Shown here: positions 23,971 through 34,548 of the stretch, piece after piece | Layout: each line of letters opens with the position of its first letter | Numbering within the stretch: position 1 is the first letter of the stretch | Assembly (NCBI GenBank): GCA_900617105.1 | Contig: UYFQ01000794.1 | Span: forward strand, 1 to 34,548 | DNA length: 34,548 nucleotides | Origin: Hydrurus foetidus | Taxonomy: Eukaryota | Reading direction: 5' to 3' | Notes under the pieces: model-generated | Databases searched by the model: none | What the model saw: the letters and a program-made list of their open reading frames with translations, nothing else | Told to the model about the DNA's origin: nothing | Translations under genes and position numbers: made by a program

Positions 23971-26900
23971 TGCGGTGAGTAACCAGTACCAACGAGTCGA
24001 TTTCGAACGTTGTGTAGTCGGTTGAACCGCCTGCTTTGCGTTTCTCGCCCGCTTCTTTGAGTAGTTCAGCAGTGATTCTGATGAGTTCATCTTGCATCTG
24101 CATAATTTTCTCAGTAGAATGGGTGACATGAGCCATGTCTAAGTTTATCTCATCTCGAGGGAGAAGGATGTTGGCATCAAGGTCAATAGCATTGCCGTAT
24201 ATAAGCTTTGCTGCTGTTGACTGTGTCCGTACGTTGAATGTCGTATTTATAATTCGTTGTACGAATGGTAAAATTTCTCGGTAGTTTTCCGTAGTTGCAC
24301 GGTCAAATGTAAATGCCGTGATGTGTCGGTTAATTTCCTTATTCATACGCTCTACTATCGAGTTTTCTTGCGAAGAGTATGGTAGAATAAGGTTGTGTGT
24401 TGTACCGGCAACTTTTACAAATTCCTCGAGGATTTTGTTTACGAAATGGGGACCGTTATCGGATCGCAGGAATTTGGGAGCTCCGTAGCGACCGATGTGT
24501 TCTATTAGGCCTGTTACGGCCGATTTTGCAGTATTATCAGTTGTGGCTGATAGTTCGACAAACCTTGTGAAGGTGTCTACCATAACAAGGATGTATCCTT
24601 TATCCGGGAATGGACCAATAAAGTCTATGTTTATGCATTCCATAGGTGCATATGTTGATGTTGTGAAACGATGGGTGACGGGTTTTTGTTTGTCAGCAGA
24701 CATCTTTTGGCAACACGGGCATTGTTTAATGTATGCTCTTATATCGTGTCTCATGCCTTCCCATACTTTCCCTATTTTTTTTAGGTTTCGCAAAGTGCGA
24801 TTGAATCCTCCGTGCCCAACGGTAGAGTTGTGGGCACGCATTAAGTATGCATATATTTCCGCTGCAATCGGTTTGCAAGTAAGGATTGCTGTTATGATGT
24901 GTTTCGGCATCTTGTTTTTACATAGGCGTGACATTGCGTCAGCGACTTCATTATTTTTCCCAGGGATATACCCTATCGTAAAATCTAATTCCTGTAGCGC
25001 ACAGCGCCATCTTCCGACCATCTCATTTTTATCCTTGTGCAGGAAAGTAAGATTTTTGTGATCGGTCAGGATAGTAAACTTACGATCTCGTAGCAGGGCG
25101 TCGAGATAGTCACAGCAAAAGTAAAGGGCGTAAGCCTCTTTTTGTATTACGGACCATTTCAACTGGGTCTTGGTAAGAGATTTGCTTACGAGAGCGACGA
25201 GTTGTTTGACTCCGTCGACTTCTTGATATAAATAACCACCTATACCGTAATCAGACGCATCTGTCATGAGGGTAATAGGTGCTACATCGTCGATGAAATA
25301 TAATAAGGGACTCTTGGAGATAAGATCTTTGACTAACGTAAACGCGTCGGCCGCTTCGTCTGTCCAGACAAGCAATGTTTGCTTTTGGCGGCGTGATCTA
25401 TCATTTTGTGTAGCGGTGCTACCACATTTGAGTGATTTGGTACATGATCCCTAAAGTAATTGGTGAGACCGAGGAACGAACGTAGTTCAGTTGTCTTTCT
25501 TGGCATCGGAAAGTCAGTCACACCCGTTATCTTTTTGGAGCTCATTGATATACCTTCCTTAGATATTTGTCTACCAACATATTCAACTACTTTGACGTTA
25601 AGTCTTAGCTTTGCAGCTTTGAGTGAAATGTTTTATCTTCTAGACGTTGAAACAATGTTTCTAAACGTTCACAGAATTGGATGTGTCCATCAGCATATAT
25701 GATGATGTCGTCTAAATAGACTTCACAGATGCTGTATATAAGGCCAAGTAGTACTATTGACGCCATCATCTGTTGAAAGTATGATGGGGCCATCTTGGGA
25801 CCGAATGGTAGTCGTGTGAATTGGTATATACCCATAAATGTTATAAATGCGGTAAATACTTGTGCCGCCAGTGTTATTGGGGCTTGGTGGTATCCGGCCG
25901 TAAGGTCGATTACGCCGAATACGTTTGGCCGTTGCGCGCCAAGTCTGTATAACATTTGTTTTATATTTGGGATCGGCCAACTTGCAGATTCGGTTGCCTC
26001 ATTGAGGTTCCTGTAATCTATGCAGAATCGGAGTGAACCGTCTGGTTTATTTGCAAGTATTACTTGGGAGTAATATGAGGCATCGGATGGTTTTATTATT
26101 CCCTTTTTGAGCATTGCTACGATTTGTTTTCTGATTTCCTCTTGTCGCATCGTTGAAGCGACTCTGGGAGCACCCCGATTACGGAAGTGTTTCCATTGAG
26201 GTATGTTTACCTTTTTGAAATCGAAAGGGGGAATTCGAGCGGGTTCTGGACCCAGCTCGTTTTTGAAAAGCGATTTGTGTTTTATGCAAATCGCTTTAAT
26301 TTCGGCAATCTCAGTTGGTGTACCATCGATATGTATTAAATCAATTAAGTACATCGAATCGTTGTTTGGATTGTCTTGAAAAGGAGCGAAGGTATCCTTC
26401 GACTTGTAGTCGATCCCTTCCTTATCACGGAAAGACCGAACCTCAGGGAGGTCTTCGTCTTCCTCCCTAAGTAGAGCTGCCGCAATACCACGCGTTTCGG
26501 TTGGTGTTATGGATGAGGGTGTAAGAGTAGCTACTCTCTTACGCCTTTTGGTTTTTACACCAGATCCATTCTGACGCGGAAGTGGCAACACTAGTGTTGT
26601 CAAATTGGTGGTGCGTAGTATGGACTCATCGGAAGCAAGCTGAGCAACTGCCGTCGCTGAGCTTGTAGAACACCCGCATGAAGAGTTGCAAGTCTTGTGT
26701 GTACAAGCACCTCGAGCTACCAGGTTATCCTGCCGGGGAAAGTCTGTAGTCGAGGGATTTATGCCCTCCATGACAGAAATGCCAGGAGGTAGTGGGGACC
26801 CTGGGTCAGCTATTTTACTTTCCTCTTGGACAGTGTCCTTTTCCGTTAGTAACGGTAAAGGAATTTCCGTTTGGATTGTGTCTGCTGACGCTGATTCGGC

Positions 26901-29867
26901 TGATATTACCTCGGGGGGTAGTTCGGTGTCTATGAGTACCGTGTGTGGTACTTGTGCATCGTCCTCAGCCGAGAACGACACCCTTTGTTTTTTTAGCGGT
27001 GAAGCTGGTATCGCACTAGGCGTTATTTTATCGAGGTTCTGGAAGAACTCTGGTATTATTTTTACCAAATTTAAATTTTTTATAGTCTGTAATCCTAAGA
27101 TTAGGTCGACTTTTGACTCCGGAGCTACTCGGACAGGAAGACTAAAAGAGTGTTTTAAATCGTCTTTATTAAATGATACAACAATATCAAGCACATTTGT
27201 AGATTCTACACATTGATTATTTAAGCCACTACACATCCACATGGGTGAGTCGGACTTCCTCAAGTGGGTTTTGCCACGGAGGCCCCGAAGGACTCTACCG
27301 TTGATGACGTCCCCGACTTGACATCCAGTGTCGATTTGGGCTAGGGCTTCCATGCCTCTAGTTTGGTACGTATTGGTTGGAGGAGGAGGAAGAAGAGGAA
27401 GATTTATGTCTGTCCCCCTCCTTGCTCTCCGCCTGGTGCGAGTTGTCCCTGCGATCGTCAGGTCGGTCGCGACTTGGTTTGAAATTTGCGATCGGATCTG
27501 TGGTAAAGATATGTGAACTTGTAAGAAATCATCTATGTTTTCAGTTAGTACAGCTGATAGAAGTTGTTTCATTGATGGTAATACTCGAGCGTACTCGATT
27601 ATGTCCGTACTTGGGTTAGCAAGTTGTGACTTACTTTTTCCCTTGTAGTTGGAGCTCAACTTGTTCGTGTTGGAACGATCGTTGTCCCTATCCGGTTGAG
27701 TCTGGTTGCTCTTGTACTTGTTGTACTTGGTGTTGTTGTTGGTGGCCAGCTTTTGTTTCTTGGTCGGACGGTCGTCTTGGGCTCTCCCTGGAGGAGAGAA
27801 GTCGTTCTCAACATCGTCAGATGGGTACACGTAGGTAGCTGCCCCGGGGTTGTTGGTGTCCCGGGTAAGTTCCCCGTTGATGTACACATTTGGTACGAAG
27901 AATTCGTGACCAATCCGTTTGAAGTCCTTTGCCTCCTCAGACTGCGACCAAGTGCGATGGCTACGGTTGCAGTGAGGGTTCATGTGGTTTTGGCATTCGT
28001 AACGGTTGTGTCCCTTTTTGCCACAGGTGTGACAGAAGTTGGTCGCCCGGCTGAGGCCGGACGACTCAGGGTCCACCTGACGTTTTGGGATTGCCTTGTA
28101 GGCGTTAGCCGAGTGGCTGTCACGGTGAGGTGCGACCTCAACGTCGTCTTGGTCGGTTGGCGTGAGCTTTGACTCGAAGACGAAGTCGAGACCTCCCATG
28201 TCCTCCGCGTCTTTGATCATCTGGCGTGCTTCGCCCAGCATGACGACAAGACGCGTGAGCATTTTGAAGATGGTATCTTTCCCGGTCTTTTTCGTCTTAC
28301 GTTTTGTCTTTGCCATGAAATTGTCTGTAAACTTGTTGTTCTTTGGCAGCTTCTTGTAGAAGGCCTTACAGATGTCATTTTGCATGTCGGCATCGATATT
28401 GTCGTATGACGTCCAGAATCCGAGTAGGATGTCACGGAACTCAGAGAGAGCTCTGTCTTCAACAGAAGGATCTTTCCAGCTGATGCGGAATTTGCAATTC
28501 TTCAACTTCATTTCGAAGTCGAAATGGGAAGACGTACGTTTGTTTTTGTAAAAGATCTTTTTAAGATCATTTGCAATGTTCTTTAACGTTAACGTTTTGC
28601 CTTCGACCGTTGGCCAGGCGAGACAAGTCTTGGTGTTGTAACCTGTCTCGCTTTTGCATCGAAGCAACTGGTCGCGGATCGTTTGGATGGCATCCATTTC
28701 GATTAGCATTTCCCAACTGGTTAACATACCGGGGCGGTATGCTTGTTCGTAAAACGCTCTTGCTGCTTTATCAGCGTCGTCGAGAAGTTTTTCTCGAGTG
28801 AGGTAGTACGCCTCCTTCATGTTGATGATGGAGGTTTGCAAACCCGCTTTGCGTTGTGGAGGGGAATCCTCTTCCGAGTTTTCCGCCTTTTGCGCGCGGT
28901 GTGTTTTACCGGATTTGGCATCGGCTTTGGTTTTCACCTTTTTGTCCTTTGGGGCGGGTTTGGGACCCGCCTTTGGGGACTTTTTCTTGGCGAGGGGTTT
29001 TATCTTAAGGGACTTCTTGTCCTTGGGCTTAGACTTTTCGGGTTCGACCTCCTCGTCGTCTTCGACTTCGACTTCAGCTTTCGCCTCATCGTCGTCGCTG
29101 TTGTCGTTCCCGTCGTCGTCCCCGTCACCCTCTCCGTCGTCCCCGTCGCCACTACTTGCGTCGGACTCGTCGGAGGAGCTGTCGGGGTTGCCACCATCGC
29201 CTCCCGTGTCGTTAACGTCGTCGACGTTACTGTCGTTCTCGTCGTCGGACTCGTCGGGGGGTTTGTCGTCGTCGTTGTTGTTGGCATTGTCGTCACCGTC
29301 GGCGTCAGCCTCCGGATCTGACTCGGCGTCGGCCTCGGCCTTGCCGGTGTCGGATGCCTTTTTTGTTGTGACTTTGGCGTCGACTGATGGTTCGAACAGA
29401 TCGTCCTCTGCACCGATTTGTTGCAGTCGCGGAGGGAGTATCGAGGTTTCTCCCCCTCTTTTTAGGTACCCGCGGGTATCGAGAGGAGAGTCTGTCTCGC
29501 CCTCGGCTTCCTCGGGTGCCAACCCGAGGAGCTCGTCGTTTGAGGGCTCTAAAGCGTCGGCAGCAGCTTGTGCAGCAGCTATTTGTGCTTGCTCTAGTCT
29601 GTGAGCTTCTTGCATTTCTTTTGTTGCTGCCATGACGCTTTGGAAGAAAATTTCCTGGTCCTCAAGACGAGTTGGGGTAGCCGAAACATGTATTGCTTCT
29701 TTGGCCAGAGCCTGTATCGATTTCTCGATGTTTTGCTTTACAAGGGCCTGCTCCGCTTTGTGCTTCTCCTTCTCAGTGAGAGGAGCACTGCGCGAAGCGC
29801 TTGGAGCTGAAGAAGTAGAGGCGGCTGCGTTAGCAGCCGCTTTCTTCTTTATTTGGGCCCTTGTCAT
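23970..29867 (-). pseudogene. gag-pol: G4 gag-pol: gag, PR and RT in one 1420-aa frame, frameshifts near 25630 and 25378, 3'-truncated integrase
   Basis: CHTCGKKGHNRYEC, QIDTG, IDYRNLN, YLDD, TDASDYGIG, RSDNG, IVERMN. Confidence 0.95.
27498..27634 (-). other. Predicted 137-nt gag/protease intron of G4
   Basis: GTAAGT...TACTAAC...TTTACCACAG. Splicing opens a 46-codon tail ending at TAG 27358. Confidence 0.82.
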
Positions 29868-30368
29868 CGGACTTTTGTCTTGAGCTTGAAACGTCTTGAT
29901 CTTGGGGTCTTGGACAGCGACGGAACTCGGACGCGGCGCTCTATGGAGCTGAGGATGTGATCCCGCAGCTATGATGTCGTGGGATCGTAGGATCCTTTAA
30001 ACGATGGAGCTGTTGGTGGTTTACTTTCGCGCGATTTCGTCGGAAATCGCTCGAAAAGTTGCCTGGCGGTTTCTCTAACGATGGGACTTGCTTTTGCTCG
30101 GCTCAGAGCTACTTGCTTCGTTAGGCTTCGAGTTTTGAAGCCGTCACGATTTTGTCGCGAAAATATCGACGACTCGAACTTTTTAACGAAAGCGTTTCAG
30201 AGGCTGTCGATTAGACGTAGCCTTTGTAGTGTCTTTCGACGTTGTTTTCACTTGTTGCCAAGTTACTAGCTTGTTTGCACGCCGTTTTACGGGTCGTGGC
30301 GATGTTTTTGGGAAGCGTTTTGGAACTGGTCTCTAAAAAGAGCACCAAGTTGGTCCAAATACTAGTAT

Positions 30369-30584
30369 TGTGGCCTAACTATGGGCTCGGCGGTGGGACT
30401 GCTGGGACAGGGCGCGGGGGCAAGAGGAAGGCAGCTGTTGTGCTGGTGCTGTTGGCTAAAGATGTGGTTAGCTTACAGATAAACACAGAGATAGGCAAGT
30501 CATGAATCGGATGGCTCGGATCGTCCCCGATCCGAACCAAACGTACGCCGGTACCCGTACAGCTGTACAGCTGTGTGGGTCACA
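30369..30584 (-). repeat. 5' LTR of G4 (216 bp, TGTGACCC...AGGCCACA)
   Basis: Diverged homologue of the G2 3' LTR with the same termini and length. Confidence 0.88.
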
Positions 30585-31059
30585 GGAGTCCTCCATGATG
30601 CGCATCATCTCTGTCGTCTCCGCGGCGCGCGAGGCTATCCGAATGAGCAGGAGCTACGGCAGTCCTGATCTCATCTACTCGTTTCCGAGTACCGCAGTAC
30701 CCCCTCTACGTGCATCACAGAAGAGGGAGAGTACAATCGCGATTCGCGATGTGGATCCGCCTAGCGGCAAAAGCACCTTAGCGGTTCGTACCTCGGCTCC
30801 TCGAGTCTGCCGCTCGTGTGGCAATCCTGCACACATGCTTCCCGCATGCCCTGTGTTATATTACACTGACACAAACAACGATCACTCCACTCAATGGTCT
30901 GAATCAGCTGTGGGGCAGGCATGGTTAGCCAACGGTGAATCCATGTGGCAGGAAAGGTTAATCCTTCCTGGTTACGAAAACGGTCAGCGGCACCATCCCG
31001 CGGGTTCCCCTCCTTTCTTGATGTTCACTAACAAGAAATCAAAGAATAACCATGGGTCG

Positions 31060-31215
31060 GGTAACCAAAACAACCCCAATCAAGGCAACCAAGGAAATAA
31101 CCGCGGTAACCAAGGTTATGGTAACCAGGGTAACCAAGGGAACCAAGGTAACAACCGCGGTAACCGAAATCAAGGTTATGGTAACCAGAGTGCTGGTAGA
31201 GGCTACCAAGGGGGA
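31060..31215 (+). repeat. Coding tandem repeats (GGTAACCAA units) giving an N/Q/G/Y-rich low-complexity Gag tail
   Basis: NQGNQGNNRGNQGYGNQGNQGNQGNNRG. Confidence 0.85.
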
Positions 31216-31291
31216 AATCCCCGTGGGGGTAAATACAACCCACCCCAGGGGGGGCCCACCTCGTCTTCCGATTCAGCGGGACAAAATCAAG

Positions 31292-31455
31292 GTATAAATG
31301 ATTATGATGTTGATTCATCTGACATTTTAAACCTCCTGGATGTTGTGTCGTTCATTTCACATGTCGATACACTTCCAACGCTTATTCAAGATGAATATTT
31401 GCATGACCCGTCTACCCTTCCTTCTAATTACTTAAACGTTACTGTTTCGGTACAG
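31292..31455 (+). other. Predicted 164-nt gag/protease intron of G3
   Basis: AG|GTATAA...TTCTAAT...GGTACAG. Splicing gives CAA GGA TAA. The donor is weaker than in the other three. Confidence 0.65.
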
Positions 31456-32759
31456 GATAAGGATACGGATAACCAGACTAGCGTACGACGCATTGTGGGC
31501 AAGGCCGTGTTGGACACCGCCAATTATTCTGAGGATTTTATTTCTTTCATTATGATTCCTCTGTTATGAGGCTCCTAAAGCCATAACTGTTTGCTCTGGT
31601 CTTGATGGCCATTGCTATATAAATAACGAAATTATTAATTTGACTCTCCAGTTTCATTCTTATGATGGCGAATGTCACAAAATCCCTTTAACCTTGCGAG
31701 TTAATCGGAATACAGATATTGAACTTTTGTTAAGTCGCAACACTGTAAATAAATATGATTTTATGTCATTAACACCTTTTGCTTTTGGTATCTCTCCTGA
31801 GCTCAGTGCGGAGAACAAAAGGAAAAGGGATATTCGTTGGCGCGAATTTGAAGAAAGGGAAGCGATAACAAAGCTTGACCCGCTTCACTGGAGCAAATAC
31901 ACCAGGCGTATGATATCGGAGGGAGTTCTACCCGAAGAACCAGAGGTAGAGTCGATTACCCCAACATATGACTTGTTGAAGGGAATCACACAGACTAAAC
32001 TCGCTCTGAAAAGAGACGCATACGGTTTTTGCCTTAAGCCAACCTCAAAACCAAAGAAGGCCATTTTGCACGCACCTCTAATTGAGAAAGTCGTGGGGTC
32101 AGGTTGTCATGCAACGTTCACGTGTAGCGTTACCCAGGTTGGTTCCGAGGGAGTCATGACCCAAAGTCCATGTGGTGATGTGGGTTCAGCGACTGAGTGT
32201 CACGACTAGACTCGCAAAACGTACGGGTGATACCCCGCACCTAGGTGGTGACTCGATTCCCACCCTCACACATACCTCTGGGGACTCTGTTACATCAGAC
32301 TATGACGTGGAAGCCGTATGGCCAAGCGGTGTCGCACTCTCCGTTGACGAGATTGACAATGACAAGACTGACACTTTCGCACCTTTCTTGCGTGACAAGA
32401 CGTGCCGAAATGTACCGCCCAATGGGCCGGATGATTTTTTGTCACAAATCCATTTTGAGGGGGATGAAAGCCTTCAGAAGGATTTGCGTACTCTCTGTTC
32501 AGAATTCGCTGATATTTTCAGTGATAAGCCAGCCCCGCAAGCTGCACATCTCAAACCATTTGAGATCAATTTGCCTAAGCAAAAATGGGAGGTTCCATCG
32601 AACCGCACACCAGTGCGCCCCCAATCCTCTAAAAAGGAACATTATCTCCGCACTTCAATTGAAGAGATGCTGGAGGATGGTGTGATCGAGAGGTCGAACG
32701 CTGCATACTACAGTCATCCTGTAATGGTAAATAAGACAGCCGATACATATCGAACCTGC

Positions 32760-33245
32760 TGTCAGTCCAGCATATTCATGCATGATCTGTTAGCATAGTT
32801 TCATCTGTAGATTAGCATTCACATGTCACAAGTAGTGTAGCGCTTCCTCACCCAAAACACCGCCATACACTGTTGTGTACATACGCTCATCGTTCTTCTA
32901 GCGATATCCCCCTTCGGGGCCATCACCAAGCATCCGGATTTCCACCAGGTATCCGGTTTCCACCAAGCATCCGATTTCATGGGCAGCGAGGGTTCCGCCC
33001 ATTGCTCAATCGCCAACTTGAATATTCGCTGAATATATTTCCACTTCGGCGATCACCATTTCATGCACAATGGATGCTTTGCTTTGCTTCTTTGATGGTT
33101 GTCTTCTCTGATATCATCGCCAGTTGTTTTACTACTTGATCGTTGTAAGTAAACACGTCTTCCGAGACCACTTCCATCAGTCAGTCTTTCCTTTGCGCTT
33201 CCGCAGCCAACAGGTAGCTCGCTTCACTCCACAGTCTGACTCACA
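32760..33245 (+). repeat. 5' LTR of Copia-C (486 bp, TGTCAG...CTCACA) with a ~18-bp triple repeat near 32920-32980
   Basis: TG...CA termini between the broken RT and the PBS; ATCCGG.TTTCCACCA units. Confidence 0.8.
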
Positions 33246-33257
33246 TGGTAGCGATTG
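33246..33257 (+). promoter_or_regulatory. Primer-binding site TGGTAGCGATTG
   Basis: Directly after the LTR CA; identical to the Copia-A PBS. Confidence 0.8.
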
Positions 33258-33365
33258 CATAGAAAGTTCAGCAATCATCGATATAGTATCAATATATCAA
33301 CGGTATCTCATTCCAACAGATATCTCCTTTGTGCTTCCGCAGCCAACAGATATCTCAAGTCGGCC

Positions 33366-33832
33366 ATGATGCTACGATCGTCCGACAACACAGACCAAAA
33401 CAACGAGGAATACCATGACCCAACTGGGCTAGAGACTCCCAGCCGCGCCCAGCTGCCGCGCATGCTCTCCATGACCCTTGCAGAGTTCGATGAACGTGTC
33501 GCCGAGGCCATAAGAGCCCAAACTCAAAATTTGGTCACCAGCTCGACGGCAAATCGTCAAAATCCCTCGACACCAAACCGACCTCGACGAGACTCCCATG
33601 CAGAGGAAGCCACGCCACCGCGCCAAACTTCGGCAGAAGTTTCAGCAAGTGAGATATCATATAATGCCGCGTTGGAATCCGTTTTGGAGCTCAAACGGCT
33701 GAAACTCGATCTCGTTCTGACGACCTCTTTCGAAATGGATAGCATCAAGCAAAACCAGATCTCCACAACGACTGTGGGATCTAACAAGCGGTTCAAAGCT
33801 CTTGACGACATGCTCCACGTCGTTGGACTCTA
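33366..33832 (+). pseudogene. Putative gag N-terminus of Copia-C, truncated by X2
   Basis: First ATG-initiated long frame after the PBS; no diagnostic motif is reached. Confidence 0.55.
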
Positions 33833-34548
33833 TGTTATAGTTTCCACTATGTATATATCACACGTACGTACGCACGTTGCTCACAACCACAAGTTTTTCA
33901 TTCCAGTCTTCTGTTTCTGATTCTTGGATTGCTTCAATTCGTGATGCACTCGTTGCCTGTCAATCTCACTCACTTTTTATCGCTTTAAAACCTTAACTGA
34001 AACACCTATACCGATACGGCTTCTCTTAGCCATCTCCGCTATTCTGGACTGACTTTCTTGTCAGCTAGAAGATCTTCGTCTCCTGCTTTCTTGCAGAACG
34101 AATCACCGCTTTTCGTCACTTCACGACGTGCAACCGGCATAAAAGTACTTTTCTCGTTCACGCACTTCGCGCAATCGAAAGACGCTTTCCTCGGAAAGTT
34201 ATTCAGTATCTTATCTCATAGAGGCCTCGACCAATTTGCACAATTACTCTACTCTGAGAAGATTCGGACATAAAGCTACGCAAGCTCCGAAGAAGCAAGA
34301 GTCAAGAAGTTTCTGTGTAAGTCTTCGTTTCCAATCTGAAACTTCCGTCTACAGCCGATCTACAAATTCTCTTCTCCTATACTCTGGCTAGAAATTCCAT
34401 GTCGCTAGAGGATTCTACCAACTCTAAGGAGAACAACCCAGCAGTGGATAGTCAACTAGACATGATGCTCATGTTCAAACAGTTCATGAAGTCAAGCCAA
34501 GAAGACAGAATCCGCAACTCAAATTAGTTTACAGAGCTCCGATCAGCG
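33833..34548 (+). mobile_element. Element X2, homologue of X1; ORF starts at 34399 (one premature TAG); runs off the right edge
   Basis: Starts TGTTATAGTTTCCACTAT and shares collinear blocks with X1. Confidence 0.7.

Larger units (their letters stand above)
23970..30584 (-). mobile_element. G4: Ty3/gypsy element, sister family of G2, inserted in the G3 gag; chromodomain and 3' LTR missing
   Basis: 5' LTR 30369-30584 and gag-PR-RT-RH-IN highly similar to G2; homology stops after DSLVLVTHRT (left end approximate). Confidence 0.92.
22520..32759 (+). mobile_element. G3: Ty3/gypsy element (5' LTR, gag, PR, start of RT) inserted antisense in the G2 gag; contains G4 and is cut by Copia-C
   Basis: LTR at 22520; gag 23280-~23970 resumes at 30585; protease and RT start are homologous to G1. 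Confidence 0.8.
30585..32759 (+). pseudogene. gag-pol: G3 gag C-terminal part, protease, spacer and start of RT (disrupted near 31560 and 32200)
   Basis: CRSCGNPAHMLPAC, AVLDTAN, DEIDNDKTDTFAPF, YYSHPVMV..TYRTC, where Copia-C interrupts. Confidence 0.9.
32760..33832 (+). mobile_element. Copia-C: 5' LTR, PBS and start of gag of a Copia-A-related element, inserted in the G3 RT and cut by X2
   Basis: Starts TGTCAG like the Copia-A LTR and has the identical PBS. Confidence 0.75.

Noticed and set aside
23280..23978. A host gene or env-like extra ORF
   Set aside because: It follows the G3 LTR and leader, has no obvious hydrophobic segment, and gag sequence resumes on the same strand at 30585.
17960..25640. 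Programmed ribosomal frameshifts in pol
   Set aside because: The shifts lie at different positions in sister elements G2 and G4 and inside conserved domains, so they are decay or sequencing indels.
28743..29604. Long plus-strand ORFs opposite the G4 gag, and similar antisense ORFs over the pol genes
   Set aside because: Shadow frames of biased coding sequence with no recognisable domains.
16371..30584. The two 216-bp LTRs as the ends of a single 14-kb element
   Set aside because: They are clearly diverged, the flanks (GGCTT vs GGAGT) are not a TSD, and two separate gag-pol sets plus G3 sequence lie between them.

Overview
Eukaryotic DNA with GT-AG introns and no recognisable host gene. The whole window is a nested stack of ten transposable elements: four related chromovirus-type Ty3/gypsy LTR retrotransposons (G1 and G2 minus, G3 plus, G4 minus; the chromodomain is visible in G1 and G2), one Ty1/copia element (Copia-B), two copia-like elements sharing an initiator-tRNA-Met-type PBS (Copia-A, Copia-C), two related unclassified TGTTATAG-starting elements at the window edges (X1, X2), and one complete PIF/Harbinger DNA transposon (18-bp TIRs, TTA TSD). 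The families look stramenopile-like, which is an inference. Inferred nesting: Copia-B > G1 > G2 > G3 > (G4; Copia-C > X2), plus Copia-B > Harbinger and Copia-B > Copia-A > X1. The strongest signal is that all four gypsy elements carry a predicted 3n+2-nt spliceosomal intron at the same gag/protease position. Retention gives in-frame Gag-Pol; splicing gives a terminated Gag, and in G2 and G4 adds a dual-coded C-terminal exon. Second, both visible gypsy 5' LTRs are followed by a 12-bp perfect palindrome instead of a tRNA primer-binding site. All calls come from reading the sequence by eye; no alignments or searches were run.
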